Positions 25,496-35,500 of a DNA stretch of 58,352 nt are shown in pieces (positions within the stretch are counted from its first letter, which is position 1; each line of letters opens with the position of its first letter). A model generated the notes under the pieces. That model made no database searches and was not told the DNA's origin. It saw only the letters and a program-made list of their open reading frames with translations. The position numbers and the translations under genes were made by a program. Source of the stretch: Candidatus Kerfeldbacteria bacterium (GTDB taxonomy: Bacteria > Patescibacteriota > Patescibacteriia > UBA9570 > XYC2-FULL-38-9); assembly GCA_018500015.2 (NCBI GenBank), contig JAHBAR020000015.1, positions 1 through 58,352 on the forward strand. The letters are read 5' to 3'.

Positions 25496-27883
25496 ATGTT
25501 GTTCTCTTATCAATGGCTCAAAACGTACGTTCCATCCATTCCTGAACCGAATATCTTAAAAGAAGAGCTCACTCGTCGCTCTGTTGAAGTTGAATCAATC
25601 GCTGATGCTTACCCTCTCATGCGGGACATTATTGTTGCTGAGGTAAGAGCTGTTGATCGACATCCAGATGCCGACCGTTTGGTTGTGTGCAATGTATATG
25701 ATGGTAAAAATGAAATTCAAGTTGTATGTGGTGGCAGCAATGTCCGTGCTGGCATGCGTGTTGCGCTCGCTCCAGTAGGCGCAACAGTACAATGGCATGG
25801 AGAAGGGGAGCCTATTGTTTTGGAGAAGGCAAAAATTCGAGGTCTTGAATCGTTTGGAATGATCTGCAGTACAAGCGAAATTGGTTTGGCTGGCATTTTT
25901 CCTCCACATGAACGAGAGGTGTTTGATCTTTCGGGCACACAAGCAGCTCCGGGTGCGCCACTTGCACAAGCGCTGAATATGCACGATTACATCGTCGACA
26001 TCGACAACAAATCAATGACGCATCGTCCTGATTTATTTTCACACCGTGGCCTTGCTCGCGAAATTGCCGCAGTGTTCAATCTTGAAATGCATCTTGCTGA
26101 GGTTGAAGATACCATAGGCAACGTGCCTGCGATGCACAGCGTTGTTGAGGATGCAGAAGCATGTCGACGATACCGACTCATTGAACTTGAAGTTACAGTA
26201 GCGCAAGCGCCTGAGATCGTTCGTAATCGTTTGCAATTGTGTGGAATAAAATCAATCAACAACGTTGTTGATATTACCAACTATATTTTGCTCGAGTATG
26301 GTCAGCCTGTGCACGCGTTTGATGCTGAAAAAGTTTCAGGCGACATGATCGTTCGCAGAGCACGCACAGGAGAAAAAATTGAAACTTTAGATCACGAGAC
26401 ACACGAACTCACACCTGATGTGTTGGTCATTGCTGATACCGAAAAACCGCGCGCGATTGCCGGTATCATTGGCGGAGTGGACAGCGCAATCACAGAGAGC
26501 ACGAAGCGTGTGTATCTTGAAGTTGCGCATTTTGATGCTGTGGTGACACGCAAAGCGAGTCAACATGTTGGAGTGCGTACCGATGGCGTGTTGCGTTGGG
26601 AAAAAGGTCCATCTGAGGAGCTGCCAACGTATTCTGCGCCAGCTACTGTGGAGTTGTTAAAACAATACGCTGACGCAAAAGTGCTGCGCGCAATTGATGT
26701 GTATCCAAAAAAACGTGTACAACAATCTGTTGAAGTTGCTCAATCAGCTATCGCTCGCCTTGTTGGTATTTCTATCCCGCTTGAAGAATCGGCGCAGATG
26801 CTGACGCGTTTGGGTTGCGTAGTTGTCACAAAAAAAGATGGATTCACTGTCACGCCTCCATGGTTTCGCATGGATCTCAACATTCAAGAAGATGTCATCG
26901 AAGAGGTCGTACGCATGTACGGAATTCATCGGATTCCAGAACAATATCTTCGTGGCGAGTTGCGCGTTGCTGTTGTTGACCCCGAAGTTGCCCTTCAGCG
27001 TCGCGTACGCGAACAGCTTGCATTGATGAAATATTCCGAACTCTACAGCTATTCATTTTATGGTGATGTACAACTTAAGCGGTACGATATTGCATCTGAG
27101 CCGCATGTTGAAATTCTCAATCCACTCTCTGATGATTTGAAATATCTTCGTGTTTCACTCCTGCCAAACATGTTGAACACGGTTGTGCGCAACAGTGTGC
27201 ATGAAGGTGTCCTCAATTGCTTTGAAATCGGTCATGTGTATTTTGCTGATCGAGAAGTTCGACAACTCGCCATTGTCACAACAGGAAGCAATGCCTTTCG
27301 TCGTTTGCGCGGCATTGTTGAACAACTGCTTACTACACTGACCGTTCCATATCACTCTTCTGTCGTCAATCAATCTTTAGGGCAGTCATCGCTATGTCCT
27401 TTCTGGCAATGGTACGAAGGTGCACAAGCGCTTGAATACCGTTCAGGCACAGAGATACTCGGGACCATTGGTGAGCTTGCTGCTCCGGTTGCGTCGCGCA
27501 TCAAAATGAAATACGAGTGCGCTTTTGCGACTCTTTCAATTCCACAGATGGTGCACGACGAAGCAATCACCAAAACCATCCGTATTCCGTCAGAGTTCCC
27601 AGCACTGCCGCTTGATCTTTCACTTGTGGTGCCAGAGTCGGTTGCGTGGGGCGAAGTTGAACGTGTCGCGCGTGTGCATGGTGGTGTGCTCTTACAAAAT
27701 ATCGAGCTCAAAGATATCTACACAGGAGCTCCTCTTGAAAAAGGAACCAAGAGCTTTTTATTCCGCCTTGAATTCCAAGCGCAAGATCATACACTTGCAA
27801 TGAACGAGATGGAGGAATGGCGCGATCAATTCGTTGCAGAATGTAGTAAAAAGTTTGGCGCTATCTTGCGCGACAACGCGTAG
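25496..27883 (+). CDS. pheT: Phenylalanine--tRNA ligase beta subunit
   Basis: MLFSYQWLK..., a tRNA-binding OB domain, B3/4 and B5 domains, and a C-terminal FDX-ACB-like domain. Confidence 0.95.
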   Translation: MLFSYQWLKTYVPSIPEPNILKEELTRRSVEVESIADAYPLMRDIIVAEVRAVDRHPDADRLVVCNVYDGKNEIQVVCGGSNVRAGMRVALAPVGATVQWHGEGEPIVLEKAKIRGLESFGMICSTSEIGLAGIFPPHEREVFDLSGTQAAPGAPLAQALNMHDYIVDIDNKSMTHRPDLFSHRGLAREIAAVFNLEMHLAEVEDTIGNVPAMHSVVEDAEACRRYRLIELEVTVAQAPEIVRNRLQLCGIKSINNVVDITNYILLEYGQPVHAFDAEKVSGDMIVRRARTGEKIETLDHETHELTPDVLVIADTEKPRAIAGIIGGVDSAITESTKRVYLEVAHFDAVVTRKASQHVGVRTDGVLRWEKGPSEELPTYSAPATVELLKQYADAKVLRAIDVYPKKRVQQSVEVAQSAIARLVGISIPLEESAQMLTRLGCVVVTKKDGFTVTPPWFRMDLNIQEDVIEEVVRMYGIHRIPEQYLRGELRVAVVDPEVALQRRVREQLALMKYSELYSYSFYGDVQLKRYDIASEPHVEILNPLSDDLKYLRVSLLPNMLNTVVRNSVHEGVLNCFEIGHVYFADREVRQLAIVTTGSNAFRRLRGIVEQLLTTLTVPYHSSVVNQSLGQSSLCPFWQWYEGAQALEYRSGTEILGTIGELAAPVASRIKMKYECAFATLSIPQMVHDEAITKTIRIPSEFPALPLDLSLVVPESVAWGEVERVARVHGGVLLQNIELKDIYTGAPLEKGTKSFLFRLEFQAQDHTLAMNEMEEWRDQFVAECSKKFGAILRDNA

Positions 27884-27895
27884 CTCATCTTTGTA

Positions 27896-28018
27896 CCTGT
27901 GTCAGGAAAACGGTGTCGGCGCTCTCCGAGCTGCGCGCCGCACCTCTTGCTCACTGGCGTGGCCGTCTTTTCAAGACGGACCAAGCCCACGCCAAGTTCC
28001 GCAGGTTTCCTGAACAGG
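27896..28018. other. Single-copy GC-rich long hairpin (element E)
   Basis: The outer stem is cctgtgtcaggaaa / tttcctgaacagg. The inner stems are ggcgtgg...ccacgcc and ccgtcttttcaagacgg. It begins 13 nt after the pheT stop. Confidence 0.7.
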
Positions 28019-28042
28019 CAACAAAGATTCGTAGTGAGAAGA

Positions 28043-28195
28043 AACAACAATCCACCTGATACTATAGAAAATATTGTCGTCCTGAGGAGGTGGCGAAGTC
28101 ACCGACGTGAGGATCTCATGGATGTCCACTGGGCGGCTATGCTTCTGTTGTCATGAGCTCGGAGGCCTCAAGGCCGACGTGGCAATCTTGTTGTT
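28043..28195 (+). repeat. Family A-related element (C), carrying the 44-nt motif at 28076-28121
   Basis: The left end aacaacaa and right end gcaatcttgttgtt match family A. The segment tgtcatgagctcggaggcctcaaggccgacgtggcaatcttgttgtt is homologous to A1 tgtcattgcgaggaagggcaaagccctgacgaagcaatcttgttgtt. Confidence 0.8.
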
Positions 28196-28255
28196 TTTAT
28201 TTTGACTTTTTCAAAAAAAAAGAGTAATGAACTATATGCAAACTAGGAGTCTCTC

Positions 28256-28663
28256 ATGTCTCTCGAGCCGAACAACAACCCCGACACCTCTGACCTCGAG
28301 GTCGTGGAGGTCGTATTGGGCGAATCGATGGTGACCGTCGCCATCTTCCCGTCAAATTATTTTTCCAATGACCCTTCAAGCCGGGAGGTGATGGCGGAGG
28401 TCGAGCGGCGGAAGCTGCAGGATCCTGAGAAGGATATCATGAACACCCTTCTCGACAGTCGCAGCCCGGCGGAATTCGTCGAGAGCCCCCTCGTGGGCAT
28501 ATTCGACATCGTCCAAGGGCCCATCACCCGCGGCGGCCGCGTGGTGAACTGCACCGTTCAGGATGGTGATGGCCGAAAGAACGGCCAGAACTACCTGATG
28601 GCAAGGTGGTTGCGTAACTGCCGCTTCGCGGCAGTCGTCAGCAAGAGGCCGCTCTGGTCGTAG
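28256..28663 (+). CDS. Hypothetical protein (135 aa), GC3-rich and compositionally foreign
   Basis: An AGGAG sequence lies 7 nt upstream of the ATG. Third codon positions are mostly G/C, unlike the flanking genes. A terminator-like hairpin (ccttgc...gcaagg plus T-run) follows at about 28701-28750. No motif is recognised. Confidence 0.6.
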   Translation: MSLEPNNNPDTSDLEVVEVVLGESMVTVAIFPSNYFSNDPSSREVMAEVERRKLQDPEKDIMNTLLDSRSPAEFVESPLVGIFDIVQGPITRGGRVVNCTVQDGDGRKNGQNYLMARWLRNCRFAAVVSKRPLWS

Positions 28664-28759
28664 CCTCATACAAAATCCTCGATGCTGTTCGTGCGTCGGG
28701 GTCCTTGCTACAAGAGTTTTGAGTCTTGGCAAGGTTTCTTTTTTTTATTCAAAAAACGG

Positions 28760-28789
28760 TTGACAGGGGAATCTAAAAAGTGGTATAGT
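28760..28789 (+). promoter_or_regulatory. Promoter of rpsU: TTGACA-N18-(TGg)TATAGT
   Basis: A consensus -35 box and an extended -10 box. An AAGGAG SD sequence lies at 28826-28831. Confidence 0.65.
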
Positions 28790-28838
28790 CGAAGCGCAAT
28801 TTTTGCAGAAGATATTAACGATAGAAAGGAGTGTTTTC

Positions 28839-29084
28839 ATGATCAGTGTCACAAAGAAAGAAGGCGAATCAAACGATTCTGTTTCTCGCCGTTTTACTCG
28901 AAAAGTGCAATCCACCGGTTTGCTCATTCGCAAAAAACGTTTGCTCCATCGCTCACGTAAAAAAAGTAAACGAGCGGTTCGCGTTTCCGCACAACACAGC
29001 GCACGACTCGCAGCAGAGCGTGCTCATCTCATCAAAATTGGCAAGCTCAAAGAAAAAACAAGACTTGCTTCTCGAAAGAAATAA
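28839..29084 (+). CDS. rpsU: 30S ribosomal protein S21
   Basis: MISVTKKEGESNDSVSRRFTRKVQSTGLLIRKKRLLHRSRKKSKR... matches the S21 pattern. The start is set at the ATG that follows the SD sequence. Confidence 0.85.
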   Translation: MISVTKKEGESNDSVSRRFTRKVQSTGLLIRKKRLLHRSRKKSKRAVRVSAQHSARLAAERAHLIKIGKLKEKTRLASRKK

Positions 29085-29093
29085 ATTGACATC

Positions 29094-29543
29094 ATGTCAC
29101 TCTATTCCACAATTCTTTCTGACCTCACCGCAGCCATGAAGGCTAAAGATACGGAGCGCCTGAACGCGCTCCGTATGGTGAAGTCATCTCTCCTCTTGGC
29201 GTTGAAAGAGAAAGGACCTTCAGTCACAGAGCTTTCTGATGACGAAGTTCTTGCTGTCTTGCAACGCGAAGCCAAAAAACGCAAAGACTCCATCTCACAA
29301 TTCGATGCAGGTGGTCGTCAAGACCTCGCTGACTCTGAACGTCGCGAGCTTTCTGTTATCCAAGCCTATCTGCCAGCGCAAATGTCTGAAGCCGAGATTG
29401 AACACGCGGTAGCAGGCATTATTGCAGAACATGCTGGTGCGCCATTTGCAGCGGTCATGGGTAAGGCAATGCAGCTTCTACGTGGTAAGGCTGACGGTGC
29501 TCAAGTTCGCGCTGTGGTCGAACGACTCACATCAACATCATAA
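29094..29543 (+). CDS. GatB/YqeY domain-containing protein
   Basis: L...L..AMKAKD..RL..LR.....L......EL.D.EV..VL.RE.KKR.DSI..F..GGR.DLA..E..EL.VI..YLP, the typical YqeY pattern. Confidence 0.85.
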   Translation: MSLYSTILSDLTAAMKAKDTERLNALRMVKSSLLLALKEKGPSVTELSDDEVLAVLQREAKKRKDSISQFDAGGRQDLADSERRELSVIQAYLPAQMSEAEIEHAVAGIIAEHAGAPFAAVMGKAMQLLRGKADGAQVRAVVERLTSTS

Positions 29544-29553
29544 CTATTTTTAT

Positions 29554-32500
29554 ATGCGACGTTCTCACTTTATTTTTTCTCTTGTCAGCGCCGTTGTATT
29601 TGCGCTTGGTAGTCGCTCTGCATTTGCACAGGTGAGAACAAATTTTACAAACATCGGTTTAAGCAGCACTGATCCGGTAACTGTTATTTTGAATATTCTT
29701 GCATGGTTCCTTGGTATTGTCGCTCTTATTGCCCTTGGTCTTACTGTATACGGCGGATTTTTGTGGATGACCTCCGGAGGTAATGAAGAAAAGGTTGAAA
29801 AAGCGAAACAAGTGCTTCGTAATGCGATTATCGGTTTGTTGATTATTTTGTCGGCATGGGGAATTGTGTTGTATGTCATCGGAGTATTCTCTGATGCAAC
29901 CGGAACGTCAACAACCAACGGCAATGGCACGGGCGGATCGTGTATTGGGTGTTCTATTCCTTCATCGGGCGATACATTCGGTGTGTTGTCTACCAACCCA
30001 ACAGCATCTGAAACCAATGTGGTGCTCTGTACCGATGTAACAGTGCGTATGACTGATGCCGTGGATCAATCGACGGTCACACCTGACGCATTCTTTATGC
30101 AGGTTGTGGATGGTAGAAATGCGGGAGCAGCCTGTACTCAGAATACAGAGTGTTCCTCAGGGCTTTGTTCTGAGTCTCTGTGTCAAGGTGATGTTGTTGC
30201 AGGCACTATCGGGTTTGCGCCGGGAGAAAGCACAAGCTACTTTAACTTTGTTCCGACTCAAACTTTTGAGCAAGATACTACGTATGAAGTCACTGTTGCA
30301 GGCGGCGCTGATGGTGTCTTGAGTCTCGACACAACAGATGATGGTGTTGATGATAGTCTCAGCATGGGCGCGACATATACGTGGCAATTTACTACCGGCT
30401 CTGAGACAGACACCACTCCGCCAACGGTTGAAGTGAGCTCAAGCTCTCCATATCCTGCTGACGGCACCACCAATGTCTGCTTGTACACCGTGATCAACTT
30501 CGATTTTTCCGAACCGATGCGCATTACAACCTTTAATGATGATCTCTCTTTTGTTGTCGACAAAGCTGATGATGGTCTTTTGCCGGATTGGGCCGATGCA
30601 ATCAATCTTACTGGTTGGAGTTTTGGTGCGCAGTTTGATTATGCGCAAGCACGCCCTCAAACCTCTTTGGAGGCAAATGCTGTGTATGGCGCTCGTTTAT
30701 ATGCTGGAGATCCGCTCAATAATTTTGCAGGCGCGCTTACCGATTCATGCGGGAACTCATTAGATGGTAATGCAAATGGTGTATCGGAAGGTTCAACAAT
30801 TGATAACTATCTTGGGTACGACAATACCGCAACTCCAGAGGATCCAATCACATGGACTACTGGCGAAAATGCCGAATGCACCCCGATTGTGAATGCATTT
30901 ACCCCAGCTTCTGATTACTATGGTGAGTATGCTGGCTTACGAGCGGGTGATGCGTGTTCGGTGAATAGCGACTGCGGTTCGGGGAGTTGTGTCGCCGGAG
31001 TGTGTCAGGATTTTGGAGCAACCACGTTGAGCATTACCGGTTTATACCTTGGTCCTCACCCTGAGGTGCTCATGGAAGGAAGTCAAATTTTTGCAGGGGA
31101 TGGTATTAATAGTTGTTTTAATGAAGAACATATTGGAAACAATCCGGGCAACGTGAGTTTGGGTGATTCGTGTATTGATGATGAATTGCAATCAGATTCG
31201 CAAATTGTGATGCGCACCCCTGTTGGTGCTGCAACCTCAACCCCTATTTCTGTGACTGTTGCCGGTGAGACCAGCGAGCAATCGAGTACAGAGCTGACGG
31301 TGCTCAGTCCATACATCTCTGCCTTAAGTCCAAACAACGGCTCCGTCGGCCAGTATGTTACTGTTGTTGGTGCAAACTTTATTGACGAGCAAGGTGGTGG
31401 TTTTGTTCGTATGATCTCTGCAGATGGTACGCGCGTCTCAACGCTCACTATTCCTGAAGCTTGCGGTGATGTGTGGACCGACGGAACGATCATTATTTCT
31501 GCTCCTGAAACATACACGAATACCGACGGCACAACCGGTTCTTGGGAAAGTGGTGATGTTGGATATGTTCAAGTGCGCAACGCAAATGGTCGATATTCTG
31601 ATTTGCAAGAGTTCACTTTTAATACAATTTCTCGTCCAAATCTTTGCCAAGTTGTGAGTAGTTGTGACAACTCTGGTGGACAAGATTTTTATGTGACCGG
31701 CGACAACTTTGGAGTTTCTAAGAGTAGTAACGATCAAGTGACCTTTGCTTCAGGCGATGCAACAGGGTACTACGCCTCTGTTTCAAGCGCTGATTGGACA
31801 AGCACTCAAATTGATGGCACTACACCTTCTGACATGGCTCAAGATGATTATTGGGTTTCTGTCTATGACGGAGATACTGGAGAGAATAGCAATACAGTTC
31901 CATACTCTATTCCATGTAGTGCAGCTCCAGAGGTTGTAGATATTGGTACGTGCTCTCCAGACGATTCAATATACCCTGTGCCAAACCCACGTCCAGATTC
32001 AACAGACGTATGTATCAATGCCGATGTTGCGGTGTTGTTTGACACCACGATGTACCCATCATCCATCACAACTGACACGGTGTACCTTGAAGAGTTAAAT
32101 AGAGGCGATGAAATTAACTCTTCGTATTCTCCACTCACCATAGTGGGACGAATTTCCAACTCACATTGGTCGGCGGTGTACGGCTCAAATACCTATCATG
32201 GATTTAAATATGATGTGATTAGCGTGCCAATTGATGAAGATCAAGATGGCATTGCTGATGGTCGAGGAAGTTCTGCACACTTGCGTCCAAATACATGGTA
32301 CCGCTTAACAATCACCACTGGCGTTCAGTCGGAAGAGAGGATTGCGTTGTCAGAAAACTACACCATGACATTTAAGACTCGCGACTCTTCTGAGTTGTGC
32401 GATGTCTCAACGATTGCTGTAGATCCAAGTTCGGTCACTAAAAATAGTTATTGGGACTCTGAAGCTAACACTCGTGTCTCCGCACGTTTTTCTGGCTCGC

Positions 32501-35500
32501 CGTACACTGCTTCATGCCAATTGCTGGACGCTGACTCGTATGATTGGGATTGGTCGATTGATAATACTTCAGTTGGTGATTTTGGTACCGGTCCTGACTC
32601 AACTTCAAATCAATCTGTGTATGTTGCTGGTAATGACGCTGAAAATGAGGGCACAGCGCGTGTAACAGCCGATGTCTCCGGCATTACCGACACCTCGAAT
32701 TTTGTAGTTGATCTTGGGTATTGTGATACTGATGCTGACTGTTCTTCATGCTCAGGTTCGGTATGTAATGAATCAACTCATGAATGTACACCGGTTATCA
32801 CCGATATATCACCTGACAACGGCGATAACGGTACATGGGTGACGGTCGCTGGATGTATGTTTGGCTCTGCTCGAGGAAGCGTCAACATGCTTTCTGATGA
32901 TGGGAGTATCTCAACCCCAGCCGATTGGCCAAATGAAGCGTTGTGTGGTGATACATGGACCAATGAGTCGGTAGTTGTTGAAGTCCCGGCGCAATATGAT
33001 ACTACAGGTGATGGGTTGGATGATGCAGAGCTACCGAGTGGTCTGTACCATTTCTCCATCGCTCTTCCTTCAGGGCTCTCTTATGCGTCATCTTTGGACT
33101 ACACACTCGACGATTCCCAGCATCCGGGATTGTGTTTAATTGATCCAAATGAAGGAGGGGAAGGCGCTGGATTCACCGCCTATGGTCAAGGTTTTGGTAC
33201 TGATGTTGGTTCCGCATCTTTTAATGGCACAGATGATTATAATGGTGATGGTACGCCAGATCGTGTAGCGACCAGCGATGCAAACACGTCATGGACAGAT
33301 GCAGTTATTAATAGCATTGTTCCAAGTGGTGCGGTCACTGGCCGCGCAGTTGATGGGCAACAAGGTTTTGTCGTTATTGGTGCTGGAGGTGATCCAAACT
33401 GTACTGACGATTCATGTTCAAACGCTCTGGACTTTACCGTGTCGTGTACTGTTGATGCTGATTGTGCTTCGGGTACATGCGATGAATCGGGAATGTGTGT
33501 ACCAAATGATGGAACAACATCATGTACTACTGATGCTGATTGCCAAGTGGGGGTGTGTGGTGCAAGTAGCTGTTCTAGCGAGGGCACGTGTACTCCAGTT
33601 ATCACAAGTATTGATGGAGACTCAGGTCCAAACGGTGCATTTACGACCGTACAAGGATGCTACTTTGGAAATTATGCTTCAGGAAGCGCAATCACCTTTA
33701 CCAACGATGCAGGTGTGGTTTCAACAGGAACATTCCCATGTACAGATAGCTGGTCCGACTCTCAAGTCATTATAGAAATTCCAGAGGCTTCAGAGCTTCC
33801 TTTGGGGACTACCGCTGATGTGCGTGTTACGACATCTCAAGCGCTCACCTCAAACGCCGAGGTGTTCACTGTCACTAATGTGTGCTCAACTGGCGCTCCA
33901 GTCCCAAGCTCTGGTGTGCCGTTGTTATGCGATCTCATTCAATCTTCTGGTGACTCTGGCTCCACTGTTGAATTTGTTGGTGATAGACAAGTATCGTCAG
34001 GACAAAGCGACACCTTTTATAACAATGCAGATGGTGATGATTTTCAATACACTGACGCAACCTCAAGTACGGTTGCCGTACCTGAAAATGCTGTGACAGG
34101 AAATGCAAACGTTGTGGTGAATTCATGTGCAAGCAACGGACTCGCATTTACTGTCACCTGTTCCTCAACCTCTGATTGTGGAGAGGGTGCATATTGTGTC
34201 GATAATGTCTGTACGGCAGATATAGCAGCAACATGTGGTGCCTGTACGACAGGCACATCTGATGCGGTCTGTGGTACATCCCAAGGCTGCTACTATAATT
34301 CTGGTGAAACTGCATTTTGTTGTGGCGCTCGCCCTCAGCTTGAGTCTATTTCAATCGAAAATGGGGCAGAAAATATTTGTCCAAACACGGAAATTATTGC
34401 CACGTTTAGTGAGGGTATAGATAATTATGACTCAGCTATTACCTTGCAAAAAGTGGTAGATAATGGTGACGGCACATACACAACCGTTGCTACTGAAACC
34501 ATCTCTGTACGTCCAACCGACGAAAACTTCACTACGTTTGCACTCACTCCTGATCAGCTTGATGTATCGTCAACATATCTTCTGACACTCCAGAGCTCGG
34601 CAGATGCCTCATCTGAGCAGCTCAACAGCACCTCTACTGGTTTGGCATTACAAGGTGGCACGCAACAATACCTCTTTTCTACCGCTTCAAGCATGTGCGT
34701 CCCTGATCACATTGATCTTCTTAACGACGAGACTGGTGAATCCTCGTACACATTTAGTGAGGCAAATGCGACTACAGACTTTACCGCTTACATGCTCTCT
34801 TCTGACAACCAGTATTTGGCATCAACAGATGAGATGAGTTGGGAATTTGTGTGGGATCCATATTATGACGATAATCGTTGTGATAATGTCGCGTGGGTAG
34901 ATACGACTTCAGAGGAAGATGCAACAGGGGAGTCAAGTGCAACATCTGAAACGCAAACTATTCAAAGTGGTGATGAGCACGATAGAGTGGATACTATTAC
35001 GGCAACAGCATCTGCCTTGTCAGGTTGGACAGGTGATCTTTCCGACGCGGCTTCAGTTGCTACATTCTACTGTCCATCGGGTGAGGCATGGCAGTACATT
35101 GATGAAACAGATGGTGATGGATATGTTTCACATGCCTATCCGCAGCATTTCCGTTTAATCTATTGTGATAATGATACTTTGCCAACATTGAACGCAATTG
35201 TTGATACAGGCTCCGCAGAGGACGATTGGTTCTTGCAGTATCTCTTTGTCAGCGAGGAGGATAAAGAAGATGCTTTTGGTATACGCGTATATCAAAATAG
35301 CGAACGCTTGTCGCCTGCGGCCTGGTATGCGGCCAATGTTCCAAATCCGGGGAGCGTAAACGAAACCACGGTTGATGGATATGAGGCTATCCAAGATGGG
35401 ACTAGTTATTACATTGCAGCAAGTAATATAGATGATGATACCAATGGTGACGGTCTTGATGAATTGTATGACAACATCTATCTCATCACATTCAATGAGA

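Noticed and set aside
28076-28121. Possible hammerhead ribozyme. Both copies of the 44-nt motif contain CUGAGGAG followed by a short hairpin, resembling the CUGANGA-stem II arrangement.
   Set aside because: The obligatory GAAA (G12-A13-A14) after stem II is absent; the sequence reads GAC-G in both copies. No convincing stem I / stem III with an NUH cleavage site can be drawn. The CUGACGA string in family A likewise lacks the other core elements.
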